A stretch of 62,586 bases of DNA, filler included, from Choristocarpus tenellus KU-1152 (lineage: Eukaryota; Protista; Phaeophyceae), in NCBI GenBank assembly GCA_964200185.2. It is 13 parts of 13 records of this genome, joined end to end, with 100 filler letters (N's around TTAATTAATTAA, not from the genome) between each part and the next. Parts side by side here need not be neighbours in the genome. Positions count along the whole stretch, not along the records: positions 50,541 to 53,526 come from CAXNAD020023139.1; positions 53,627 to 57,670 come from CAXNAD020016508.1; positions 57,771 to 62,586 come from CAXNAD020012952.1; 10 more parts are not named here. One strand, 5' to 3'. Numbering within the stretch: position 1 is the stretch's first letter; the number at the start of each line of letters is the position of its first letter. The position numbers were made by a program, and so were the translations under genes. The notes below the pieces were generated by a model. That model was not told where the DNA came from and searched no databases. It saw only the letters and a program-made list of their open reading frames with translations. Below are positions 51,474 through 62,586 of this stretch, piece after piece.

Positions 51474-54094
51474 GTGGGTAAGTCTCACCCTCCTTGCACT
51501 TCTTCTCATCCCAAGAACTTCATTCACACCCATTATCTATCTTACAGATATAATAATCATGAGTTGAATGGGTCCCATACACTGATCGAACATTACGTGG
51601 AGATAAAACTAGAGAAAATCATAATCAACTAGTAAATAGGGAAAACGATCGAATTGTCCTCAATCGACATCGTAACAAAGGTTGTTGAGGTAGTGAAAAA
51701 TAACATTCTAAATATACTCTGTCCAGCTCTCCAGTAATGCCCACTACTATAATGAGCAGTAAATCTCAGCCACGATCCTTCAGTCTTCTTAGTTCTGACT
51801 TCGTGTTCTGGCCTACGGCAGCGATGCCACACCTTACAAAGTACTGAGTGAATTATTGTACTTCGTAGATAATACCCCTTGTACAACTGCTATGTGTGTA
51901 AACAGTAGTGCTGGTAGTTCTCGCACTTGCTGGTGGCTCAGGGTGGCTCTTGCAAGCATTGACAATGTGTGATACAAATTGTACTATTTTGCTTCGCTCT
52001 TAAATTCTGGATTAATTTGTTTGCCTCCGCCTACCCTTACACCCACTCCACTCCCTTCAACTTGAGCAAAATTGCCCACTTCACACCATACAAATGTCAC
52101 ACCACCACCTTTGTTACTACACCAACTAGCGGCCACTTCTGCTGATGATATCCACACACAAATCGGTTGGGAATATTTCCGTTACTGTTATTCACTCATC
52201 ATATTCGATGACCCAACAATTTGACCAATTTACGCCACTGGCGTCCTGTCACCAACTATTTGGGCCAATATCCACAACCGATATCCGCTCACCGTATGCA
52301 ATAACCCACCATTAGCGACCAATTTCCACTGCTGGTGATCAGTCTCCCACCAACGGGTCAATTTCCGGTACTGGTAATGGTATCCACTCACAATCCACTG
52401 CTGACTGTTTCGACACATACACTCCCATACCAAACCTCCCAAAACGGTGTACCTCCATCCATAACACCCCACATTACCCTCCACAATGCTCCGCATTCAT
52501 CCAAGGACATCTCACAACGATCCAAAACATTCCACCTTCATCCACTCACATATCGTGCCTCTGAACTACAACCCATCTAACCCGCCCAAGCTTGACCTCC
52601 TCGTTGAGTTGATGTTGTATCTAGTTCTCTTAGCCACTTTCTCTTGCCTTAGTTGCCCCCAGTCCCTCCTACTCTCTGCTACCCCTTGGCGCCCACACTC
52701 AGTCTACTAGTTAGCTCTCATGCACGCCGTGAAAGGATGTAAGACTTCCATGTTCACTCCCTCTATCCAATTGGTTCAAGTGTCTATAAAGTCACCATCC
52801 TTATTGCTTGCCCCATCCTTCTTTAGAGTGGGTCATACTTCCCTGGTTTTAGCCTGGGTTGTCTTGCTATCTCCTAAATACTAATTTCAGGTGGTTGTTT
52901 GTGGTAATCTCCACCTTGTGTCGTCCCATCTGCGCTCAACGTGAGTTGGTCTCCCAGTCCGTGGCTGACTCTCAACCTCTGCATGATCTCTTCCTTTCCC
53001 TCCTTATTCAGGTGAAACAAATCGAAATGTTGAATGGGTAGCGAGGGCTGAAAATAAACGTTTGCGTAACTGTGGGAAGTTATATATATAGATCCTATTC
53101 CTCTCTGCTGACTCGGTCACCTTCACTCCCTGACCGGAAATCATACACACACTACCCATTCTTTCTACCTCCTGATGACTGGGGTTGAGGCAAATACTCA
53201 AGTTCTTATTTGTACATCTTACACACTTCTCCCAAGCCCCCACTTGAACAATAACAGCGGATCAAGATAATGGCAGACGGATCATTTCATGGAGGATGGA
53301 TTTTTCCAAAAATGGTGCGCGGAAAGTGCCCATATGCTTTTTTTTGTAAATATCATAAGAACTTTGTAAGGGCCCCTTTTTGAATGGGAATCCATGCCGA
53401 AGGTGGTAGTAGGACATACTTAATTGATGATAATTACAGTACCTACCCCGATTTTGTGCCAAATCGAAAAATATTCAATTTTGCACCGCTTTTTTCGACA
53501 TGCTAAAAAAAATAGGCTTTTGTACCNNNNNNNNNNNNNNNNNNNNNNNNNNNNNNNNNNNNNNNNNNNNTTAATTAATTAANNNNNNNNNNNNNNNNNN
53601 NNNNNNNNNNNNNNNNNNNNNNNNNNCGACACCCCCCCCCATATACTTTGACTCTAAAATATAACAAAGTTAGGCACAAAGCTGCTTGACACCAGCAGTA
53701 CAAAGCATAGCTGTCTTTTGTCTCTCAGTACTTTACGGTACAGTGCATACAGTATATCACATCAAGTTCAGACTGTTGCATTCTACATATATAACGATGC
53801 AACATAAAGGGTAATACTCCTGGTTCGCCACACTATACATGCCATAAGTGTCGCGTTTGTAGCGGCTACCTTCATGGCGTTTGCAGCGTCGTGGATCCAT
53901 TTTTGCTCCAGCAAAATGGAACGTTGTGGAAATTGTGCGTGAGCCCCACCAAGCACAAGGCTTTGGAGTCCTCCAGCTGGTGCCAACACAGCGTTGAAGC
54001 GCCAATATAACAAGAACAAGGGCAAGGGGAAGGTGCTGCCAAATATTATCTACGGAAAAAAGTCTCTCCCTACAAGCCTTGCGGTGCCGACAAT

Positions 54095-54321
54095 CCTAAG
54101 CGTTTGAGCTTTGCAGAGAGAAGGTGGAAGCGTTGAGACTTCTGAAGACCATGATGGGAACTGCGGTTGCTGAAAGGTTTGGAATCGATCACAGCACCCT
54201 CTACAATTTGAAGGAGACAAGAACCATCATGGAGCAAGCGCAGACACTGAGGCCTGATGCCAAGTCTACGAGGGGTGCCAAAACATGTAGAGGTTGGTCG
54301 GTGCGTAGATTGAGAGTCTGA
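54095..54321 (+). pseudogene. pogo/CENP-B-like N-terminal helix-turn-helix remnant
   Basis: KRLSFAER / EALRLLK...AVAERFGIDHSTLYNLK resembles the first HTH of pogo/Tigger transposases; frameshifted. Confidence 0.4.
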
Positions 54322-55815
54322 AATTAGGTTGATTGTGATCGTGATTGGATTGTCTTTCTGCACTGTCTGCTGATGAGGATTATGATTGAATTTTTTGAAA
54401 TTTTTCGCGCATTTCTCTTGTACTGTAACGTCTATACTATGTACTGTAGTATCATGAGTGGCCATTTTCCTCGTAGAGGTATGGTACAAGATGTTTCTAT
54501 ATATTAATGAGGATCTCTCTAATGCTCTTGACACTCTGCACCTCAAACCCAGCGGGAACCATCTCAGGCTTCCATCAATGCAGCAAGAGCGTGGATCGAT
54601 GTGAAAAATAACGATGAAGTGGTCAATGCGATACTAGAAGACATGAAAGACCAGCTCCTCGATAAATTCTTCTACCAGTTCAGACAATGAAAGCTCAGGT
54701 GACGAGGATGACGATGGGTTTATGGGAGGGGGCAGCGCGTTGGCGGCTATGAGGAAAGGAGCAGCCTCCTCAGTGTTCTCGATTCCTCTATCATCGTACT
54801 CTCAAGTAGCTAACGAGTTTGCAAGCTTAGAAACACAACCGTCGAAGAGTGCAGCATGAACGATGTTTCGTACCATCTCCGGAATGCAAAGCTGGCTTGG
54901 CTATCGGGGCAGGGGCAATCAAATAAGCGGACACAGTAGAGACTTTTTTGGTAGTCGAGATTTTTCTATTTGCGAATAAGTTGTTTTACTCAATGCGTGC
55001 GATAGGAGGTGCATGGCGGTGCAGTTCCATTTGATCCACGGTGGTGTTTTTGATATACTCACTATACTGTATAATATCCTTGCTAAGTGCAATTGAATAC
55101 GTAGTGCAGGGCATTGGAGGGAGATTGGCTTTGAAGGTTGATTTGATTTGAACTGCGAGTCGTCTGTCCAGCCATCCAACGGCTTGTGGATGCTTTTCTT
55201 GGGAAGGTATGCTATACATATTAGTGAATACATGAATACATCGTAATGAGTGTAATTTTACCCAAGCTACAGTACGGTATATATATATATGAAATTGGTA
55301 TAGTGTGGAGGGGTAACGTAGATGTAGTGCTTGCTACACCACCACAGCTCCATCAAAATGGGCTCACCAATGCAATGCTCAATACATATCTATATGTAAC
55401 TACTCTTGAAGGCACATGAGAAGCGTATACAGCAAGGGCGTCACTCTGTCGTTGCTCGGGGACATGTCTAACGTGCCTACGAACACTTTTCCTTGATATA
55501 AAATAGGTTTCTCTCGTCGCGATCCCTCAGTTTAATAGAAAAACGCTCTTATATACAAATAAGAGAGGATCGGGATATAAGAGAGTTTTTTTTTGCTTGC
55601 CCCTCTACCTTCTCTCGTATAGACACACCAACTGCAAACCATAAAAAGTAAAAATGAATGAGAAAAATAGTGTGGCGAACAAGGGTATATACCCAAGACA
55701 AACCCAGGCGTAACCTACTAGCACCTAATACGTAAGACATCATTTCACAAATGTCGTCACACGTTGCCAAGTAATATACCATTTTTCTGTTTACCCCATA
55801 TGCCCCTCCCAGGGA

Positions 55816-55887
55816 GTCATTGAGGCTTAGTGGTTAGGGGAGGTAGATCGCCGCAATAAATTTGTGGGTTCAGACCCATCGACGCCA
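55816..55887 (+). other. Degenerate tRNA-like sequence (SINE head or tRNA pseudogene)
   Basis: GGCTTAGTGGTTAGG (A-box), GTGGGTTCAGACCC (B-box-like), ends GACGCCA; acceptor stem only partly pairs. Confidence 0.5.
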
Positions 55888-57608
55888 GATTTCTTTTCAT
55901 AATAATTCGTTTTGATTATCTTAGGAGAACATACAAAACGATGCGGATTGCACACCTTCACTCTCCTATCTGGCGCTGTATGTACCTCAAAAACGCTGGA
56001 CATACAATGAACCGCAAGGTTTTCAATTACCGAGCAAAGCCTAGTACAGGTCGACGAGCTGTGGGATGGCCGAACTCAAAGCACATAAAGCAAGGCACGA
56101 GTGGAGGCTATACGATTTTGTTGTAGTGCAGCAGGTAGATACAATAGTTAGTACAAGAAAAGTATTGCAAGGTGTATTGACCTTGACCATGATTCAGGAT
56201 AAGCCCCAGGCTAACGTGAAGAAACAAATATTAACAATATTCTTCGCCATCCTTGTCTGAGTGAACTACACTGCATCAGGATGGCGTGCTTCAAATTACA
56301 TTACTCTGCCGTAAGTACGGAAGGGGAGCCTACGTATAACCCTCATTTTCTTCCTTTATGGCCTCAACCCATCCACAGCCAACATCCATGTGTATTCCTT
56401 CAAAGTATAAGTACTTCGAGAGTATATATATATATATATTTGTACATGTTAGACCAACAATGCTATATTTCCGTAGCATCCACTCATGGCTATTGACGAA
56501 CAAGGGCATAGAGATGGCATTCTGGACGGGGATAAGGGCTAAGGGCTTCCTTGGTAGTGATTAAAGGTGTCTGACGTTTCCAGGGCAGGAAATTTTTATT
56601 GTGAGAGAATTAAATTCACATGGTACATGGTATACACAAATACAAACTATGAAGAAATATTGCCCCCGCTGGTAGTAGTGCCTTTTTTTGTGTCCCTCGT
56701 CATGTCTATCCAACATGTTTCCCCAATATTTTCTCCGTTCACTCAGTCCAACCTAAAGTTCTACCTTTGAGTTGAAGTGAATGAAGATGCCTATTTTCAT
56801 AAAATAATACTTAGCCTAACTCCAATGCATACCTAGGTAGACTACACGATTAGTCCGGATTTTTGTTGATTTTTTAATCTGTAAACCTAATGTGTAATAA
56901 TATGCTCTCTGTTAGTCTGGTAAAACTTTACTTACAATGTCTTTGTTGGCTCAACCAGTTTGATACATTGGTCACCAAAGACAGGGTCCTGGGTAGAGAT
57001 CGTGTGTTAAGTCCTCAATGGGGTTAGGAGGGGTATGTTGATCCGCTGTTTGCGACAATGACAGTCATGCCTTGTAACGACGAAGAAACTACCTGAACTA
57101 TTCAATTTGGTCAGGATGAGCAGAAAAGTTGTTGTACTCGATGCCCAGGTGAGCAAGAGAGAACAACAAAAAACGTAATGGTAGTGTTAGATAGGTTTTA
57201 GATTTATGTACAGCATCAACAGAGGGATAGAGCAGCCAAGCCTTTAAATTTAAAGTACTTCTCAATATCTTCATCTGAACATATAAGAGTAGCAGATTCA
57301 GTGGTACATGTCACAAGTCAATCAATAACTTCCCTAAGCCTCTACTCAACCTCTATCACCGCCGTGCCCACTTCAAGTATGTCTGTCTGCTTCTTCAACA
57401 TAGCGTGTATCATCCAAATGTGTGCATGTATTTTTCCTCCTTACACGTTTTTGAAGACCTCGTGTTCCAAACATTTCTTGTCATGTAGTTTACCCTTCAT
57501 CGACCCCTTAATTTAGTACTACTTCAAATTTATTGCTATTGCCATATCACATTGCTATTATCATGATTTTGTCTCCTCGTTACCAAGGCAATACGAAGGG
57601 ACAGCTTG

Positions 57609-57670
57609 AGACTCAAAGTATCTGGGGGTGGGGGGTGGGCGGTCTACACCAGAGTGTCCGTTTGAACCAA
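57609..57670 (+). mobile_element. MITE family B, terminal part at contig end
   Basis: GACTCAAAGTATCTGGGGG...GGTCTACACCAGAGTGTCC. Confidence 0.8.
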
Positions 57671-58116
57671 NNNNNNNNNNNNNNNNNNNNNNNNNNNNNN
57701 NNNNNNNNNNNNNNTTAATTAATTAANNNNNNNNNNNNNNNNNNNNNNNNNNNNNNNNNNNNNNNNNNNNACACTGGTTAGGGAATACCTAACACACAGA
57801 TTTAATAAAAAAAAAAAAAAAAAAAAAAACTTTTAAGGTTGCATTCTAATGGGTTTTTTTTTTTTAATGTTCTAATGGCCCTGCAGAACAGCACTCGCGT
57901 GTCTCCTCACTAAGTTAACCTCACCAAAAAACACTGTGTTACCTTGCGCCTCTCCTCACTATTCTCATCATTGCCTTCGCTTTCAAATGGGCTATCGTAT
58001 GCTTGATCCACGTTCTCTACATACCCCTCCAGTTAAAAAGACTCAGGCTTTGCTAGTGATATGGTGGGATCAGCCAACCCAGTGGTCATCAACTTTCAAA
58101 CTCTGTATACAAGCAT

Positions 58117-58236
58117 ATAATGGACATTCCTGTTTGATCATTCTTGTGCAATAATGTATCACAATAATGTATCACAATAATGGACATTCCTGTTTGATCA
58201 CTCTTGTGCAATAATGTATCACAATAATATATCATA
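58117..58236. repeat. 60-bp tandem duplication
   Basis: taatggacattcctgtttgatca.tcttgtgcaataatgtatcacaataat occurs twice 60 bp apart. Confidence 0.9.
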
Positions 58237-58528
58237 ATAATGTATTCTTTTTTTTCGGACAAATCCCACTTCAACTCGCTAATTGTTTTCCAAAAAATGT
58301 CGGTACCATTTTTAAGACGCTGTTGATCAATTCAACACTTTTGTGTTACCAGTACCAATACAGTTAACGCTTTTGTGTTATCAGCACCACCATGAAAACA
58401 TTGTGTTACCAGTATACCACTATCAATACGAGAGTCTCCTTATCCCTGCATTCACTGTGCAAGAGCCAAAGGACAATTCCATACAAGTGACCCCCCTCCT
58501 GACAAACGGCAAGGCAGTGCCTGCTCAC

Positions 58529-59137
58529 CTCACGTTCAGCCATTGGCTTTGACTTCTCTCTCAAAGCATCATGTCCAACAAATGTGTCTATTTCCTGACT
58601 CACCAATGTCAGAGTTGTTCAACAAAGCAATAGAGGTTATTCGGGGGGGAGATTAGAGAGGTGAACATGACACAATGCAATCAAAAACAAAAACAAAAAA
58701 CAACCAACCAACCAACCAACCAACCGATCACCTATCCATCCACCCATCCATCCAATCAAAGATGCCTGCTGCTAACCCTAACCCTCAAATCGCACCTGCT
58801 GCAATACACATTCGATTTCCAAAAAAAACAAAAAACAAACCAGTACCATAACACCAACTTAACATTACAAAAAACATGCAAAGAGAGTGATACATACATA
58901 CACCACACACCACACACAATATCAAAATAAATAATTAAATAAATAAATAAATATATAAATAAATCAGACCTATGCACAGGCATTACAAGCAGGGCATGTA
59001 TGATGTACCTGTCCTCCAAGGAGATCGTACACACCCCTGTCCACCCTCCCCACAATGGTAGGAAACACATCAGTGGGATGGTCCATTCCTGCCAATCCCA
59101 CCTTTGTCCTTCCAGCACCCACATTAATCACAATTGC
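58529..59137 (-). CDS. Divergent actin-related protein, two internal exons
   Basis: Exon 59009-59137 AIVINVGAGRTKVGLAGMDHPTDVFPTIVGR aligns to actin [31 protein letters not shown]; exon 58529-58594 EIDTFVGHDAL aligns to KDSYVGDEA; both phase 0. Confidence 0.78.
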
Positions 59138-62100
59138 CTGCACACAAAAGCAAAAAAAAACAAAACACAGACCCATCGATTGGGACGCATAACCCCCCTC
59201 ATGTGAGAGCTGGAAGAAGGGTTGGGCACAGTTGGTTCAATTGTAGTAAGGGTTAGGGCTTCGGGATTGTAGAGACACCACAACCCCCACTTCCATTCCG
59301 TCAGGGTTAGGGGATACAATCGAACAGAAAATCTCAAAAGCGGGGACTGGGGTAGGTTTGCTACACATAAAACTAATACACACACAGGGATAATGTTCCC
59401 CTGACCCTGTCCACTAGAAAGAATATATTAAAAAAAATAGCACATGAGAATGAAGGAAGCTATTAAGATCTGGACCGCGCTGGTGCTGACTGAGGAAAAA
59501 CTCCATCGGATAGCAACAAAAAAAACAAAACGGGACGGTATTCGAAACTTAAAAAAAAAAAGTCCAACTATTTTTTTTTATTTCAACCATAAAAAGTAGA
59601 GACGCAAAAGTTAAATGGTTAACAAAAAGAAAAGAAAGAAAAAAAAACGTGAAAAGACGCTTCAAACAGTTAAAATCAAGGGGATGCTTGCTGACTGTCG
59701 TGTAGAGTATGACACGCTGGTCTCTCTCCAAGCATCCATGTCCCTGTACAAAGATCGGTCGGAGGAGGGGGAGATGGGTGGAGACGGGGGGTGGGGGGGG
59801 GGACTCTCCCCAAACCTATGTATGGATACAATAGAGGTAGTCCAATACACTCAAGCTACATATCGCTCTATCAATGATTCACACAAGACCCCCCCCGCCA
59901 AGTTCGTTTGCTGCATACGCCCAAGTTGGAATCTCACTGTTGTCACTGCTGTTGATCATGAGAATCCTTAGATGAAGTGGTTTTCCAGTCACACAATGCA
60001 GGATTGGCAAAGAGATTGGCAAAGAGAACCACCGGGAACCAGGCCCGACCAATCCAGGTCGGGAACAAGAGGGTGAGGCTAGGACTGAAGCAGACTTAAC
60101 AGGGACTGAGCAGACTTAACAGGGACTAAGAACTGTGGGGACTGCTGGCTTTGAAGAGAGTCCGTCGTGGAACCATGGTGCTTTAGGAGACTTCCACAGG
60201 AGACAGGTTCCTCTGAACAGACCCCACCGTGGAGCCGGGACTGTTGGAGAGGCCTCACTGGAACCAGTCAGTCTGGAGAGAGAGTACACTCTAGAACCAG
60301 GATTCTCGAGGAAACTCCACTGGAGACTGGTTCCTCTGAACAGACTCCACAGTGGGGATGGGACTCTCTAAGAGACCACTCTCTTTCTGTGACATGTGAA
60401 GAGCACTGTTCAAATGGACATATACCATGGACATACACATATACCGTACCGCGCACGTGAGACTGATTTTTTTTTTTTTTTTCCTTTCTCACAAGACCTC
60501 CGTGATAATAATAATAATAATAATAATAATGGTGCTGATGATGATGACGACAAAGATGGTCTGCCCTAACTACCGGGTGGTAGATAGTAGTGTCTGAGCC
60601 TGGGCTACCCTGCCCCTCCAACAGTTACATTGATCTTTTTTCGTTTTGAACTATATACTGTATATACTATGTAACTATATATTGCTTTATATTGGTTTGA
60701 TTTGGTTTGGTTTCTGTTTCGACCTACCCCTTCAAATATGCACAGTATCATTTCTCCTCTGGGCAACCTTTAGATTATCCAAGGTTTGGGGCCCTCAGAA
60801 ATAATGTTAATATATATATATATATATATATATAAGTGTGAGCTAGTTTAGAGCCAATGCAAGTCGGAGCCGAGAAATGGAGCGCATAAGGATAGCGGCA
60901 TAAAGCAGACACAAAAAAAACACAGGCACACACAGATAAAAAGTCAGTATCCTTGACATGAACATACGGGGTGCGATACGGCGAGCAAAAACATAGAGCC
61001 GGTTAGAGCCGGCCTAATCTGTACCGTGTCGGCTCCTGTTCTTATAGGACTATACCATCGAGAGCCATCGGCGTGAGCAAACGCACAAGAAGAAGAGAGC
61101 CAGCAGCGGCAATACACAGGAAATTGAAGTCACAGAGAGAGAGAGAGAGAGAGAGATAGAGAGGGAGAGAGAGATGGAGGGGGGATAAGGGAACCAATCG
61201 GTTGTACACGATAACACCATACAGGGGCGTCCAAAATCCGATGTCTTGTAAGTACGACTTCGCAGAATAACCATGCAAAGGGCTTATCAAATATTGAGAT
61301 ACCACTGCACTACCATACCAGGGCACTAATTTCCCGCTAAACACTGTTCCGGTGGTGTAGTGGTATCACAATATTCGGCATGCGTACACCAGCAACTACA
61401 GTGTCGTTGTCCACCGGGAAGATAACGCCTTCTGTTCTTCCATAAAAAGCGTCGAAAAATTTGAGAGCAATAAAACCAAAAAAAAAACGATTTTTTTTTT
61501 TTCTTCATTCAATGATGTATGCACCTAATCCATCCTAGGTTCTCGCCTCTTACCTTACCTGCCATTTCCCATTTCCTAACCTCCTGTTGAGGGAAGTGAA
61601 CGTAAGACTATATATCTGTATCTATATCTATCTATATCTATATATATGCAGCACGGAAATTTTTAGGAGAAGAGGGAGATCCCGCCAACCAGATACGGTA
61701 GGGACGGACTGACAGATGAGTGTGATGTCAAGAGGTGCATCGCCAATACACCTACTTACATACACACACATAGATAGATACATGAATACATAGATACATA
61801 GATACATAAATACCACTCACAGCTTGTGTTTAATGGTTCATACCATCATCGGCTTCTTTCAGTCATACCGCTCTGTCTGCCCTAGTATCATTTTCAATGC
61901 TTACTTCCGCCCTTCTGTTCCACCATATATACATATATATATATATATGTATATATATTATACTTCGCCACCAGTTACAGTTACGCCATTACCCCCTCCG
62001 TATCAAGTCTGAGTCAATGGAAGTTGTGCACCCGAATCAACTGCTCCTAGTGCACAAATCCTACCCCCAGTTCTAAGGCACATACATAGACCCAAGCAAC

Positions 62101-62586
62101 TCGAAACCAAGGGCATTCAAGGCGCTACAGAACTGGCTCTCTCCTCTCCGCATACTCCCTCAACCACACAGCCCTCGCAGCTTGAGGCATCTCCCATACA
62201 CACTTGCCGCAACAAACTGCACCACTGGTTCGTCCCACAAGAGCTGAGTACTAGCTGTTGTACAAAGAATCACAAAACGTAACTGTCATCGTAACTGCCA
62301 TCATACTCCCGAGACAAAGTAAGACGCCAAGACACTACAAGATCACAAGACGCACTGCCATGCAAAGCAACACGAGCAACCCACTACCCGGCACCCGTAA
62401 CATGAAACGCACGAGGTGCAAGACGGCGAGCAGATGCGCGATACAGAGGGCGGGTAAACAGGAGTGAAGAAGAGTTGGAGTCGCTTGGTGCCAGCCTAGC
62501 CCCCCCCCCCCCCCTGGGGGGGGGTCAGGGTGGTGAAAGAGGTATTTTAGTGGCATAAGAAAAGAGATTTTGGTACAGGGAGGCAG

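Noticed and set aside
56066-57150. Several short ag..gt bounded segments
   Set aside because: Could not be joined into a convincing open, recognisable protein
61042-61344. 100-aa minus-strand ORF as an upstream exon of the actin-like gene
   Set aside because: No recognisable homology and no consistent splice path to 59137

Overview
Eukaryotic, intron-rich, transposon-dense DNA, not a prokaryotic locus. It consists of 13 short contigs joined by 12 identical 100-bp artificial linkers (N44-TTAATTAATTAA-N44), so neighbours across a linker are not real neighbours. Splice-site style, Gly-rich exon inserts and the RTE/DIRS-type retroelements suggest a brown alga or related stramenopile (inference only). 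Host genes assembled by hand from exons: a complete 7-exon secreted/Golgi-type sulfotransferase (minus, 12173-17187), EAF6, internal exons of DNA polymerase alpha, a kinesin-4-like motor and a divergent actin-related protein. Degenerate transposons: Ty3/gypsy integrase-chromodomain, Ty1/copia RNase H, PIF/Harbinger, Tc1/mariner (about DD40D), hAT, MULE, pogo-like, RTE-like LINE, DIRS-like RT/RNase H, and a solo LTR. The most distinctive signal is a pair of related, abundant MITE families: A (about 255 bp, 15 copies) and B (about 175 bp, 3 full copies plus many ends at contig breaks). They share the TIR core CAAAGTATCT and the subterminal motif GTCCATTTGG, and make target-site duplications of either 3 or 4 bp; no transposase that could be assigned to them was recognised here. 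I found no CRISPR array, rRNA or clear multi-gene novel system.
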